A stretch of DNA of 64,000 nt from Callorhinchus milii (Eukaryota). The position numbers and the translations under genes are program-made. The notes below the pieces were generated by a model. That model was not told the DNA's origin, made no database searches, and saw only the letters and a program-made list of their open reading frames with translations. Position 1 is the stretch's first letter. Every line of letters begins with the position of its first letter. Location: assembly GCF_018977255.1 (NCBI RefSeq), contig NW_024704742.1:14262001-14326000 (forward strand). The letters run 5' to 3'. Shown piece after piece: positions 28,044 through 41,986 of the stretch.

Positions 28044-28140
28044 AATCCATGTGATGACAAGCGACACAAGGACATCTGGTCTAAAGAAAAAACCTGTGAT
28101 CGTTTGCCAAAATTTCTGGTCATTGGACCTCAAAAAACTG
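28044..28140 (+). CDS. NDST3: NDST3 coding exon ([33 protein letters not shown]), start of the sulfotransferase domain
   Basis: ccctgacag| acceptor and G|gtgaga donor; 97 nt; first half of the 5'-phosphosulfate-binding loop GPQKTGTT. Confidence 0.95.
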
Positions 28141-31100
28141 GTGAGATTATTTTGTGCTGGTGAATTAAGATTGTAGTCAAATTAATACACTAGGATTGTG
28201 ATTGAGGTTTACAGAGAACCTGAAGAAGGTTGCACAAATGATTCCTGGTCCCTCTTGTTCTCAACCAATGCAGCACTGGACCTCAGTAGTCATGATTTAA
28301 GTAAATGAGATGTGGTTATATCTAAGACATAATGAGACATGTGGTCTAGATTTATTCTGTAGCATTCTAGAGTGTCCAGAATCTGGCAAATTGTTAAATC
28401 CAGTCTTAACTTTCAAATTGGTTTCATATAGTTCTTAAAAGAACTGAATATAAATTAACTTAAAAATCAAAGCTAATATTTAATAATTTAACAAATTATG
28501 GTCATTTTAAAATGCCAAAGAAATAAAGTAGAATTAATTCCTGATGGTTATTGGGACACAATGAGATATAGTTCTGAGATACGATGACATGTGTTCGTCT
28601 GGACAAGGTGAAGCATACCTGTCTGGGATGCCGTGACAAGTGTTCTGTCGACATGGTGACACATGTTCTGGGTGTCTATTAGATGTGCTTCTGTTTTGTT
28701 AGTGCAGTGCAGTGCTGGACACACTTTTTTGGTCCAAATACATTTTTGGTTGATCCAAATACATTTTTCTTCATTGAAATTTGCTTCATACATGGCCACG
28801 TCATGGGTATATCGCAACTCAGTATCTACTGGAAACAAGGTATTGATTTGGTGTGAACTTGCCTGGACTGGTGCAGATGTTTGTACTCCATGTACAAACT
28901 AGTTGTTTTTTTATAATGATATTTGGTTATTATTAAGATTCTGAGAGTAAGATTTAAAGTTCAGTTCTTGGGAGTTTCACATTAGATTCAAGCAGAGAAA
29001 GTGAAGAGAATATTGATGCAAAAACTATGATCTATTTTACTTGTCACATTTGTCTTTAGCATACTTTGTAAATATTGAACTGTGTCTAGCATTTATTAAA
29101 AGTGTCAGTGACAGAATATCAATACTGCAGTGACTTTATTACAATGATGGATCGCCATATTTGGACACCAACCAACAATGCTTTGAATGTCAAGTGCTAA
29201 CAGAGCATTTGAACATATGATTGGATGAAAAGCACCATTGTGTCTTTTCTAAAACAGTAATCTGGCCAATGCACTCTACAGCCATTGTGGTGGATGAATT
29301 TAGCTAACTTAACATCAATGGATCTAAATTGTAAGATGAGTGAACAGAAAATCCCAGTTGTGTTTCAGGAAGATTCTTTGAAACTCTGCTCGGGGGCTAA
29401 TCTCAGCATTGATTTCCACGAAGTGGAGTTCCAGAGAGTCGTCCCCAACACATCCAGGGTTTGATATTTACTATTTACTAAAACCATTTGCAAACAATAA
29501 TATTTCTTTACTTTACAAAGGTGCATAGGAACTAGAATAGAACTGCTTTATTGCATAATATTCTGTGCTGTAACTCCTATGATTCTGTTTACATCTTTGT
29601 GGTAAAGTCTCTGGGATAGAAAAAGCATAGAGTAATTTCAGTCCCCAATTAGGATCTGCAGATTTAGGCCAAATGATGAATTATTGTTAAAATTGATGAC
29701 TGGTCACAATAGTGTTCTATTCCCCACCACTGGCGTCTTTCACCATGATCAGCTGAACATGGGCCCAAATAATACAAAATAGTGTCATATCATAAGTTTA
29801 AATTCACAACTGTCTGCAAAATATACAGCCTAAAACGTGTTGAAATCTGATGTTGCTCACAGACTCACAAAAATTAAATTTCAGTGGGTACTGGGACTTA
29901 ATTGAAGGCTAGTAGAAAACGTGTGGTTAATTTGTTATTGATTCTTGTAAACATTTAATCTAAGGTTTGCACTGTGCAGTTATCTCAGTTCTTCCCTGTT
30001 ATCTGTTGAATAAATAGGAGCTTCATATAAATTGCCCAACTAATTCTGTTTCTATAGGATTAATGATTAATTCTGAATGGTAGGCACCAGATATATTGTT
30101 TTGCGATTCTAAACTTCAATTGTCGGGCAGTGTATCCCAGGTGCCTATTTCCAATTTACTATAACTTTATCCAGCAGCTCAATATTTGGTCATATCAGCG
30201 AGCTTTAAAATAACCTAGATGACAACTTAGAAACTGGAGGGAAGGGAATTCCCCCTGGATATATTTGTGTAGCATTTCAGAACATCCAGGATATAGAAAA
30301 TTCTTAATTTTAATTCCTACTTTCTACATGTCCTTTTATGAACTATTCAATAACTCTTGAGTACCCTGGTATTTTAAGGAAACAAACTGAGGTGGAAATT
30401 CTTGCCCCCCCCCCGCTTTCATTAAGATCTTGCATTTATTTATTGCAAGCATTTACTTGAAGGACTATCTGTCATGCTGATGAAGATGAACCTTTACCAG
30501 AAAATACAGTCAGTTTCTGTTCAGCGAATAACTTGTTATCCATAACAGTTGATTCACTTTGCAGCAGCACACATCAAAACATTTAAGCTTGTTGTCTGTT
30601 ACACAATGAGTGGCAATTGGTTAATTTAACAGTTAACAAGAAGCCAGGGAGATTGTGACCCTCTACCCCTGACTGTAGTTAATAACAGTGAATTCAATAT
30701 GCGTTGATAGAAATGTTTTAAGATTTTCAATTTCTTTTTATCAGCATCACCTGTTGATTGCCTTGAGTATATCACACACTTTGGGATCTCTGAGTTTGGT
30801 AATTCACCTTTCATCAACGTGGACTACTCCATTGCCTTTGACAGAGTCTATCACATCACACTCCTCTGAGATTGCTCTTTCTGGCTGTGATAATTCACTC
30901 TGTGACTATTTTTTTCAACAATTTACTGATTCCCAGGGTTCTGTTTTCTCTCCCACTTTGTTCCTCCTCCACTGATGACCACCTCCACTTATAATCCTAC
31001 TTTATGCACTCCTTTACTGATGATTTCACTCTACACTTCTTGACTTATTTTGTTTTCCCTGCCCCTCCTTTCAACCGTGGTGCTCTCTGTTCCTTGAACT

Positions 31101-31451
31101 TTCACCTAGGTTTGCAATAAAAAGAATCAAGTATTCAACTAAGTGGTGTGAATTAGATTAACAATGCCAGCTGTGGCTGAATTAGTAAGTGTGTACTTTA
31201 GAAAATGCATGGGAATTATTCCATGTGGATGTATCAAGCATGTGGTGTAACTGGTGACAACATAGTTATGCTAATGTTCAGTAATTATTTTAATTGAATA
31301 ATTTATTATTGCGCAAAGCAGTGTTTTTGTAGTACTTGCCCGCAGTGAATGAATTTCTTGCAAACAAAAAGATAACTGAGGAAATGCCCTGGATGGTGAG
31401 GGTGACATTTTTATGCAAATACATTGACAAGTTTATAATTTCTTTTCTCAG

Positions 31452-31575
31452 GAACCACGGCTTTGTACTTATTCCTAATAATGCATCCGGCCATCACCAG
31501 TAATTTCCCCAGTCCAAAGACCTTTGAAGAAGTGCAGTTCTTCAATGGAAACACTTATCACAAGGGAATTGACTG
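31452..31575 (+). CDS. NDST3: NDST3 coding exon ([42 protein letters not shown])
   Basis: ttttctcag| acceptor and TG|gtaaga donor; 124 nt; phases match neighbours; FEEVQFF motif. Confidence 0.95.
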
Positions 31576-32767
31576 GTAAGATAAGGCATGCAACAATGGC
31601 TTTTCTTTAACAAAGAACGTCTTTATTAGACTTAGGAACACATTGTTTATAATCTGCTGAGATATTAATTTCCTGCTTTCAAGGCAAATGAATTTTATTT
31701 AGGATGTTACTGATGCTTGAATGGTTCTGTGAATTCCAAAGATTTTTAATTTATTTTCCACAGGTATATTAAAATGTAACCTCAAGTACTCAAATAATTA
31801 GGAACCTGGGTAGACGACACATTGTTGAGCTAATTGCCATGAAGCAATTGCGCGTAGATTTTTTGATTTGCAGTTCAGCCAAGATCAAGCTAACTGTTTC
31901 TCTAACACAGACTAGCTGGTCCAATGACGGCACACACATTCATCTTGAGGGCCAACCATTGTGACAGAACTGAGAGTGTCATTCCCATGTCCAGTATTTA
32001 GTTGCTGAATTTTATCGGTTATCAAATGGCCTAACTGACCGTGATTAATCAATCATGTGATAATTATCACCGGTGATAATAAATACATCACATTAGCATT
32101 ATTTAGTTCTATCATTTCCATCCATTTCTGGCCTTTCATTTCTAGGTACGGGTGGGATGAAAATCTACTCTTATTCGTTGACAGCTTCACATGTGAAATA
32201 AGCTAGATCTGTAATAAGCCAATTCCCAGTGAGTGCAGCACATCACTCATTTTAATTTCCCACTAAATTGGCAATCTCAAATCAGAGAGGCTGATGATGG
32301 AAATTATTCCCTGATGCAAAGAGAGTATCCTTCTGAGGTTAGAAATATTTTCGTGGAGCAGGACATAAATAACTCGGTACCTTTCCTGTCTGTATATGAT
32401 GTGGGAGTGCTTGGCTATGATGCTTAAAATTCCACCTAGTCTTAGCCTGTAAGACTATTTTGTTTTCAAAAATGTAAGATCGCCACTCAAAATTGTGAAA
32501 CATTCTTAAATTTAATCTTAATTTGGAAGATATGGAAAATTGATTTTCAAATTAAGACTGAATGTAAAACATTTCCACATTCTGTAAGGTCTTACATAAG
32601 GCATATTGAGACAAAACAGATTAATATCATGTCCACTGGTATCAAGAATGCAAAAGTATTGCTTTCCATTTAACCAGTACTAACTTCTCTTCTTTACACA
32701 GAGGAGCACAACATCAAAAAAGAGGAAAAGCCCAGGACAATCTACCAAAATATAATACTTTGTTTGT

Positions 32768-33078
32768 GGTGCTTCTGTAGCTCAGTGGTTAGAGCATTCT
32801 CTTTGCAAGCGAGAGACCTGAGTTCAATTCCAGGCAGGGCGAAACCTTGGGCAAGTTTCCTTACTCCATTCGCCTAATAATAATCCCTCCAAAAACAATA
32901 ATAAATTGGTCATTTTCAATCTACGACTGTTTGTGGGACATTGCTGTGCGCAATTGGCTGCCGCGTTCGCCCACAAATATACAGTCAATTCACTTTACAG
33001 TGTGTTCTGTGAAGCGCTTTGGGATGTCCTCCCGACGTGAAAAGCGCTATATCAAATGCAAGGATTATTATTATTATT
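32768..33078 (+). mobile_element. Young tRNA-derived SINE (same family as 24066)
   Basis: Nearly identical to 24066-24398 over most of its length. Confidence 0.92.
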
Positions 33079-33892
33079 CTCCAGCAATGTTTTGAAGAAA
33101 ATGGTCAAAACATAGTTTATATAGAAATATACCAGGACTCAACGTTTGAAAAATACTATACAACACTTGCACACCTTAATTGCTTCATTCATAAAAAGTC
33201 TATTCCATCAAATTCAAAATGTTAGTGTTGAATGTTGTTTCACTGTGTCGCATAGATAGACTGGTACAGAGAGAAAGATGACTTAGAATTGTATGTATTT
33301 CATCCTTTGCCAACAGGAAAACAGGAATAGAAGGAAGCAATTCAGCCCATCCCAACACTTTATTAGATCTTGACAATATTTTTAATCCCAATGCCCCAAT
33401 CTTTCACAGTACCCCTTAACGCCTCTAATATCCAACTATCTGTCTATCTCTTTTAGAAATCATGATTGATCCCACCTGTACAACTTTCTAGAGCAGAGCA
33501 TTCCACATCTCCCCACCCCACTGTGTGAAGAAATACTTTGTGATCTCAGTTCTAGCCCTGTTTGTTTCCGATTTTAAGGTTTTTGCTGCCCTTGTAATTT
33601 AGGTTTCCCTTTGCCACTTTACCTAAGGTTAGTAATCTGCTAGCCTGCCTTGGGCGGTGAACCAATTAAAGCACCAATAAGGCAGTGCCTGGCCTCCATT
33701 GAACTTGTCACAAAGCTAGAGTATAGCCAAACTCAATAAGCCCAGAAATGGAGACATAAGCCAATGTCCAAATAATAATGATTGGGCATTGTATTGCTAC
33801 TCCAGTGCATGACGCACTGCCCTACTGATCTCAGATTATCAATGTTTACTGAAGTAAGGGAAACGTACATATGTCACTTTTCTTGTTTGTAG

Positions 33893-34067
33893 GTACATGA
33901 ATTTCTTCCCTGCCCCTTCTAATGTGACTACGGACTTTTTGTTTGAGAAAAGCGCAAACTACTTTCACTCAGAGGATGCTCCAAAGCGGGCAGATGCTCT
34001 CTTACCAAAGGCAAAAATAATCACCATTCTCATCAACCCGTCAGACCGGGCCTACTCCTGGTACCAG
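33893..34067 (+). CDS. NDST3: NDST3 coding exon ([11 protein letters not shown]...FEKSANYF...[14 protein letters not shown])
   Basis: ttgtttgtag| acceptor and CAG|gtaagc donor; 175 nt; 3'-phosphate-binding motif [11 protein letters not shown]. Confidence 0.95.
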
Positions 34068-34392
34068 GTAAGCCTGGGCCTTGTGCTTGCTGAAGCCTCT
34101 TTGAACTTTCACTCTCAAAGTAAAACAACAACAAATGACATTGTTATAGCGTCTTTCACAATGGGAGGACGTCCCAAGGTGCTTCTGCCCCAAAGAGATG
34201 CGTTTCAGAATGGCTGATGCTGTATTTCGATGTGGAAGCGTATTTCAGAGGGATGAAATCTAATTATTTTCAGTAACTAGTTGAATGGGGGGGAGGGGAA
34301 AAGGGAAGGAGTATTTCTCAATCCCTATTATGTAGGTCATGTCACTACTTGGCGGACACGTTCCAATGTGTTGATGCTCCTCCCATCCACAG

Positions 34393-34563
34393 CACCAGAG
34401 AGCCCATGAGGACCATGCTGCTCTTAAGTACAGCTTTTACGAGGTGATCACAGCGGGTCGCCATGCCATGCCCGAGCTGCGGACTCTTCACAATCGTTGT
34501 CTGGTACCCGGATGGTACGCGACTCATATCGATCGATGGCTGGCATACTACCCCTCTGGCCAG
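34393..34563 (+). CDS. NDST3: NDST3 coding exon ([19 protein letters not shown]...[23 protein letters not shown])
   Basis: cccatccacag| acceptor and CAG|gtaagc donor; 171 nt open frame translated by hand. Confidence 0.95.
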
Positions 34564-35546
34564 GTAAGCACTCACACAAAGTGATGCATGCCTGTTTTGC
34601 AAGATCACAAGTGAGTTTTGGGGATTGGAAGTGAGTTCTGCCTCATTCCATGTCATGCATGCAGAATACCCAGTTTACTGGCCTCCCATCAAAGTATTTG
34701 CTGTTTTGTTTATGCTTTCCAAAAATCCATGGAATGCAAAATGTGCGGCGATGTGATAATTATCAGTGGTGTCACTTCATGGTATTCAGTTTAACTCTGT
34801 TTGAGTCAGGCCAATGCAATATGGCTCGTAACCATAGTGGCAACAGCCAAAAGCTTCAGGCTGACATCAGGAGGAGTTGGGGGAGGGGGTGGGGGAGTTT
34901 GATGTTCACATCTATGGCTAAATTCTAGGTGTCGACTACAGTTATTTCTGTTTGTGTCAAGTGAAAAGTATTCCTTTTCTTCACTCCAAAATGAATTGTG
35001 ACTTGTGTGTCCATCACAGCCAGAAACCTACTGTTGACAGCCATCTGGGCAAAGCTGAGAGAGTAGATGCTGATTCTAGCCCACGTCACTCCCAGTGTTC
35101 ACTGACTGTTCAGCACTGATGGCAAATGTAATCTGATACCAGCTGGAAATTCAGTTCAAGTCTCAGGCACCTGCAATAATGTCTCGTCTCCCCATCTGTT
35201 GCAAGTGTGAAACCAAAACCTAAATTATTAGAGGGCAGTCCTATTATAAAATACCCCACTGAAGCATGAGTCAGTTTATGAGGTGCTTGTGAGCCTATGG
35301 TTAATGGAAGTACTGCTTTGGATTTCAGACAGTCTGTGCCAGAACCTGTAAGTAAGCAAGCAAGCAGGGACCATTTATTATGAACCCAAATACCATGCTA
35401 TAGCTGGATTGCCTTGTATACTGCAAACTGAATAGCTACATTATTGTGGACACTTTTGATTTAAACCTGCGTGTGTGTGAGCAGTGATCAACTATCTTTG
35501 AGACCGTGCATTAACTTTGACGTTACCTAACTGAAACTCCGTTCAG

Positions 35547-35656
35547 TTACTTATTATAGACGGCCATAAGCTGAGGACGGATCCTGCTGCTGTAATGGAT
35601 GAGGTTCAGAAATTTCTTGGAGTTTCCCAGTACTACAATTACTCTCAGGCACTGAC
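35547..35656 (+). CDS. NDST3: NDST3 coding exon ([37 protein letters not shown])
   Basis: ccgttcag| acceptor and AC|gtaagt donor; 110 nt. Confidence 0.94.
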
Positions 35657-36856
35657 GTAAGTTTATTCTTTCTTATACCATAAACAACACTACAATGGGT
35701 ATTTATTAAATACCAGAAATGTCTTGCAGTCTTAGCCTTAAGATTATAAAGCTGCAGAAGCTGAACAAATAGAAAATGTTCAAAATTTGACAAAACATAA
35801 TATTAAGGTTAATATCTTGAGGAATGTTGGTCTCAGGACACCATGATATCTCACATTACAGAATAGCAAAAATGTATACAATGTGAAGAAGCAATGCTAT
35901 TAAAGGAAATTAAATTATTGTGTGCACACCTAACAGTCATTTTACTCTTGTACAATTTGTACAGTTAAGCTCAGCTGGTAGCATTGTTGACTTTGGGAAA
36001 AAGGTTTGAAATTGTAGAAATTTCTTAAGTTCAGTGCTGGTTAAGAAATCAGTTAAAGTTTTTAAAAAAAAATTCTATAATTCTGGGGAAAGTTGTGTGA
36101 AAGTGGTCTTACAGGCTTGAATTAGGTGGAATTTCAGGCCTCTTATGTAGGACCGAGGTATTTTGTTGAGGGAAAGTGGAGGGAGCTTTATTTTGTATCT
36201 AACTGGGTCAATACTTGATCTAGGAATTCCTGATCTAGGCACTGGGTTCATAAAATAGTAAAGTGTTCAACTTCTCATCACAAATATACCACGTGTTGTT
36301 TAAATTTGAGGAAAATAATACGAAATACAAAGGAGTATAAAGAAAGCATGTTGATAAAGAAAGCATTTACATTGATTTGTGAAGAAATACAACTGTGGGA
36401 ACAGAGGTGGTAAAACCCACAGAAAAGGCTCATTCCCTTAGTAATGCTGGTATTTTCAGGCATTGTGTTCATTCTGATCTATAAGCTAAAATAGTTTGCA
36501 GCTTTTTGACTGCTAGACTGTTTACTTCACCCTAAATAACAATCAAGATGGCTTTAAGTGTTGGAACTATCCGTCATAATGATGAGATTAAACTCAATTG
36601 CTTTCCATCTATGTACCTTAATGCATTTATTGATAAGGTACTTCCAAAAGAAGCTTGCTCAATGATTTTTCCTATGAACAAATGTGAAAAGTGAGGGATA
36701 TTGTTTTCAGATGGCAATTTGTGTAATTTCATATGTTAGACGAGACCTGTGTGTCTCATAGCTAATAGATTGGTGTAAGTGAAATCCCTGCAAAGGCTGA
36801 TATGTCTTATAAGTATTAGTAGCAAATGGCTGAGGGGGATGTTTTGTGAATTTCAG

Positions 36857-36959
36857 ATTTGATCCACAAAAAGGTTTCTGGTGCCAGTTGCTTGAAGGAG
36901 GGAAGACAAAGTGCCTCGGAAAGAGCAAAGGCAGAAAATACCCAGCAATGGATATGGAG
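36857..36959 (+). CDS. NDST3: NDST3 coding exon ([35 protein letters not shown])
   Basis: tttcag| acceptor and GAG|gtattt donor; 103 nt; conserved disulfide loop and KSKGRKY motif. Confidence 0.95.
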
Positions 36960-37310
36960 GTATTTTGTCTTAATTGTATCGATTAGTTTAATCTAAATGT
37001 GTACATACCGCAATGCCAATTTAAGTCAGAGCATATCATGTTGCTTTGGTGGACAGTATCAATCCTTTGAAAATTATAATAATAATTCTTACATTTGATA
37101 TAGCACCTTTCACATCGGGAGGATATCTGAAATCATTTCACAGGATAAAAGTTTTGTGACTGTATTTTGTAGGCAAATTTATCTTACAGCTTTAAAATTC
37201 AGTTTTTATCATATCTGTTCATTAAAGAGAGATAATCTTGAAACATGTTTTCATACCAAGGACAGTTCATGTGCATCAAATGTAAATGTTTGCCTACAAA
37301 TACACAGTTA

Positions 37311-38042
37311 CAGTAGAAACCCAGTTTGCGGTCACCTCGGTAATCCAGCCACCTCACAATTGCGGGCACATTTTCACAGTCTCTTTCATTATCAGTGTTA
37401 AAAGATAGTCTGTCTGCTTCAGTAAACCGGGCACCTCACTATTCAAGACAACAGACATTGATTGCGGCCACTACCGTGCCTTCCTCCACTTCAAACATGG
37501 TACAAACAAAACACTTCATCCAGCCCTAACCTGTACAGTACACAGTGCACTAGACCTCGGGCTTCTCGCGCTGTTTTCTCAACCCTGCTAATGTGGCTGG
37601 AGTGGATCGCCGAAGCGGCGTGAGTGGAAAATCGACTTTGTCCAGTGCCCGCGGCCTAACCTGAGCTCCTGCAGCCACTTCTTGGTAAGTGCTGTAAACA
37701 TGCCACTACGGAAGGAGTTATACTTATGTGAGAGAGTGGATTTAATCAAAAACAGTGAGGCCAAAAGTCATAATTAGTTAGCTGTGATCTATGGCATTGG
37801 CAGAACAAGTTGGATGCATTCTCAAAAGGAAGGCTGAATACATGACAGCTTTTGTTTTAAATGTGACAGTGCCTTTATTTTAATGAGATTGCAAAGTATG
37901 GTTGTTGAATGTTTATCACCCTGCCCATTACCAATGCCCTTAACATTACACCAGTGACCTGAATCACCTCATCTGTTTCAGTAATCAGGTCACCTTACTT
38001 TTGCCCAGTCACTTGAGTGACCGGATTAGTGAGGTTTTACTG
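37311..38042 (+). mobile_element. Internally deleted pogo/Tigger-type DNA transposon
   Basis: TA|CAGTAGAAACC left end and GAGGTTTTACTG right end; decayed N-terminal HTH coding remnant (ERVDLIK...LAVIYGIGRT...ILKRKAE) at about 37725-37850. Confidence 0.75.
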
Positions 38043-38227
38043 CACTGTATTTTACAGAAAACACTGTGAAGCTCTGACATGTTTTAATGTCATACGGTGC
38101 TATATCAAATGCAAGGATTATTATTATAATCACATCGCTGGGAGTGGTTGGCACATAAAATGCTACATTGATCATCCAAGGTTTACTAGGGTTTAAAATT
38201 CCACCCATCCACCCAGGTTGAGATTTA

Positions 38228-38407
38228 TTAATAATAATAATTGTTGCATTTGATATAGCGCTTTTCACATCTTCTCAACGTCTCAAAGTGCTTCACAGAA
38301 TAGACTGTAAAGTGAATTGACCATATATTGTGGACGAAATGCAACCAATTGCACGCAGCAGTGTCCCACAAACAGTCGTGGATTGAAGATGAACAATTTA
38401 TTATTGT
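38228..38407 (-). mobile_element. 3' half of the tRNA-derived SINE family
   Basis: Reverse complement of the 24200-24390 segment. Confidence 0.85.
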
Positions 38408-38872
38408 ATAAACATAGCATTTAAGAGCCAGCAGAATTTGGCAAATTCATAAATACAATCTTGATTTTGAAGGCGGTTGTCCAAGTTATTTTAAGAATTA
38501 CTGAAAAACCGACTTCAGAGTTTCGCCCACAAAATACATGGTCAATCTACTTTACGCTATATCCTGTGAAGCGTTTTGAGATGTCCCAATGGCACTATAT
38601 CAAATGCAACGATCAGTAATTTTATGATGTTTATTATTATGATTGAATTAAACAATTTGCCAAATTCTGAACTGTCTGAAATGCTAAGAAAAAAGAGTAA
38701 GTTTAGGTCTGGGTGGAATTACTCTCCAGCTGTTCGTCAGAAAAAAAAGGTTACATAAAATGAAATGCAAACCAATTTGACTGAAATTCTTCAGTGACTG
38801 AGTCTCTGAACTCAAAGATCAGAAAAGACTCTGGTCTTTGAGTTCAGGTTTGAATCCAATGACTGCAAATAT

Positions 38873-39123
38873 CGACCTGGGTTAGATTCCCGGCAGGGTG
38901 AAACCTAGGGCAAGTTTCCTTACTCCACTCGCCTGATAATAATCCCTCAAAAAAAAAAAAAATTGGTCATTTCAATCCACGACTGTTTGTGGGACATTGC
39001 TGTGCGCAATTGGCTGTCGCATTTCGCCCACAAATACAGTCAATTCACTTTACAGTCTATTCTGTGAAGCGCTTTGAGTTGTCTGGAAGACGTGAAAATA
39101 TCAAAGCAAGGATTATTATTATA
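38873..39123 (+). mobile_element. 5'-truncated copy of the tRNA-derived SINE
   Basis: gggcaagtttccttactccac through aaggattattatt. Confidence 0.85.
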
Positions 39124-39875
39124 AATATATTGTCTCTATCAATTGCCACTGTTACAAGTCTTAAAATAAAGTTCCACAACTTCTTATTTTCCGATACGGC
39201 TATTTAAATAAAGTAAACTACACAAACCAAGCAATGGACAGTGGACATTTCTTTTAAACAAATGTATTCTTTTGCCTCCTATCTTAACTTGAGGTGGTCA
39301 CAAATCATTTGTAGCATGTCCACGGTGCTTCTCTGTGTGAAAAATGAATGATTCTGCTTATCCCAGCCCAGCTTCCCTAGCAAAAGTTCATAAATCTTTG
39401 TTTTGCGCTCTGGCTGCCTCTGTCTCAAACTCAGAAGTTCTGTGCTGAGTTAGAAAGTGAGGAGCTTCAATTGGCTTTAGTGCCCCAAGGATGGAATCTC
39501 AGCTGAGCTTCTATTCCCAGTCACTACACAGAGACCATTGCTTGTGGTGCATATGTTACATAAAGCGATACAACATTGAAACAGGCCATTGGTCCAACTA
39601 GTCAGCGCTGGTGTTTATACAGTACTCAAGCCAAGTCCAAATGTGGATGGAAGGGATCGGGGGTCAACAATGAATAGCTTGCTAACACTCACTGCCTAAC
39701 ATTCACTGTAAATAACATAACTAATGATCACTTAAGCAAGGTTAACCTCCACCTCGCAACCCAGGTGAAGGAAAGAAGCATCAAACAAATTCAAGGAGGG
39801 AAGGAATTGAAAAACATTGATGGGAAAAAATTCTCTTTGTTTACATCTTTTCTCATTGTTTCTCTCTCCTTGTAG

Positions 39876-39998
39876 TCCAGAACATTCCTATCAAGATACT
39901 ACAAGGACCACAATATTGAACTGTCAAAGCTGCTGTACAGACTGGGTCTGCCGTTACCGTCCTGGCTGAGAGAAGAGCTCCAGAAAGTGATGAGATAA
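39876..39998 (+). CDS. NDST3: NDST3 last coding exon ([40 protein letters not shown])
   Basis: Long polypyrimidine tract plus tgtag| acceptor; TAA at 39996-39998. The C-terminus is of the NDST3/4 type; NDST3 is chosen because of adjacency to PRSS12. Confidence 0.93.
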   Translation, partial: SRTFLSRYYKDHNIELSKLLYRLGLPLPSWLREELQKVMR

Positions 39999-41986
39999 TT
40001 CTCGTTGGAAAACTGGGAATGAATTCCAATTTTCTCAAATCAATGCCGACAAACAGTCCCCCCAAACTAGGAGTGGCCTCCATAAAAAGGACTTTCAATT
40101 ATACCTCTACAAACAGAACGCATTCTTTAATCTCTCCATGTGCAGGCATGTGGTTTCTAAAACTGACAGCACACAAAGAATGGGGGGGTGGGTGGGTGGG
40201 GGAGTGGGGGTCAATCGCCTCTGTTTGGGCTATATGGTTGTATACTTAACGGGTGATATTTAGTCAGGGTTCAGTTTCGGGCCCCCATCTGAACATTGTA
40301 TGACTTATTGCAGAGAGAGAAAAATGTCATTTTTTTTTGTAATTGGACCCAGGGCAGCGCTGGTTTGCTGTATGGTTTCCAGAGTGAAAAAAAATTGCAC
40401 TATGTTAGTTTTACTGTCATTCATTACAATTATTCAAACTTAAAAAAAACTCAGCATTATTAACTTGCGGTTTAAAGTCAGAACATTAGGTTTTGGTTAT
40501 TGAATCAAGACAAACTGGTTACAAACTGCCCATTGCATCATTCATCCACAAAACATTAACCCTTTTCTGCTGTCCAGGCTATCAAGTACTTACTATGTGG
40601 ATGTATACAGAAGAACACAGGCACAGGAATAATCTGCAGCACTTATAAAACAGTCAGAAGTGTCACACATACGATTGGTGGTAACTGGCAACACTCTGAT
40701 GTATCAGAGGGAAGCACAACTGATCAGACTGATCAAGTTTAAAGGTTCATTTCCTGTCCAGTGAGTGTGTGTGGATGTACTTATAAATGCAACATTTTTA
40801 CCGAAGTAAATCTCAACAATGTACACAAAATAAGAGCAGTCTTGAAGCATCAGCCTGAAGATGTCTCTGTTAATGCCAGTAAGGCATGTTGAATCTTCAG
40901 TAATGTGTTTTCAGAACCACCTGGTTCTCAGTTACAAAACCTATAACTGTATTGACTGGTTATGAGTGTATATAATGTATATAGCAAGGATTATGTGACT
41001 TGCTGGGTCCATTCATTAATGCCTTGATGGCATGCTTTCCTATGAAACTCAACAGCATAGAGTTGTTCCACGAAAGAGAACAGAAGTTGTTAAGTGCTGA
41101 GTATTGTAGACAATATAAGTGAAATGTGTGGTCAAATGCAGGCTAGAGTTTTGAACTGGACACAAATGCCTCAGGCACTTAACGAAAGACAAACGCATAT
41201 CTCATTTTATGCAGGGGTTGAAGCAGCAACTTTAGACTATTGTATGGTGATCTTGGCAGCTTTGATGAACAATTACCTCCATCCTGTTAGTACTATTATT
41301 TCATAAACATGCTCATTGATTCATCTTTGTCTAAACCTTAATCCAAAACTGCTTCATCTGAGGATGGAGATGAAGCTATCACATTTATCTTTGTTTGTCC
41401 TTTCCTCCCATCCCCTCATATTTCTTGATATTATTTGTAAAGAGTAGCTTTGAGCTTTGTATAGATCAATGTGAGATTCTGCAGACTACTACTGAAGGAT
41501 AAGGAAGTGGCATCTAGCCACATACACGCACTAACCTTACATATGCAGTAAGTAATCTAACAGTGGCCGCACAACAATATCTCCTCAAACCTTGAAATCC
41601 TGACGTACAAGAATTTTCTCTAGAGGTTGCTTAAACGTTAAGCCTCAACGTTGGCACATACTTTAATTTTGACCACAGTGAGATGACAGTCCTACAGCAA
41701 ATAGATGCAATTGTGTACCTTATCAATATAAGGTATTGAATAGAGTGGCTCTCTAGTTTTCTATGTGGTATTTTATTGCTGGTTCCATCAATATACTCAA
41801 TTTGTTGTCACAGACACAGTGGATAATCTACAATCCTCACTAAGTAGTCAGGTGTATATTATGAATTTTAGGCACTGACTCCATATGTTATAATGTGTTT
41901 GTTTTCTTCAAGTATGTATATATTTGATGAACAGGAGATGTAAATCATTAATTTGTTATAACTCCTGCTTAGGAAGGTGCATATTC

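Noticed and set aside
32057..32081. GATA-rich palindrome attatcaccggtgataat, with a similar motif near 11637-11663
   Set aside because: Short and AT-rich, and the flanks do not align convincingly.
34068..34217. ORF read-through extending the exon at 33893
   Set aside because: A canonical gtaagc donor lies at 34068 and the extension is an L2/SINE tail remnant.
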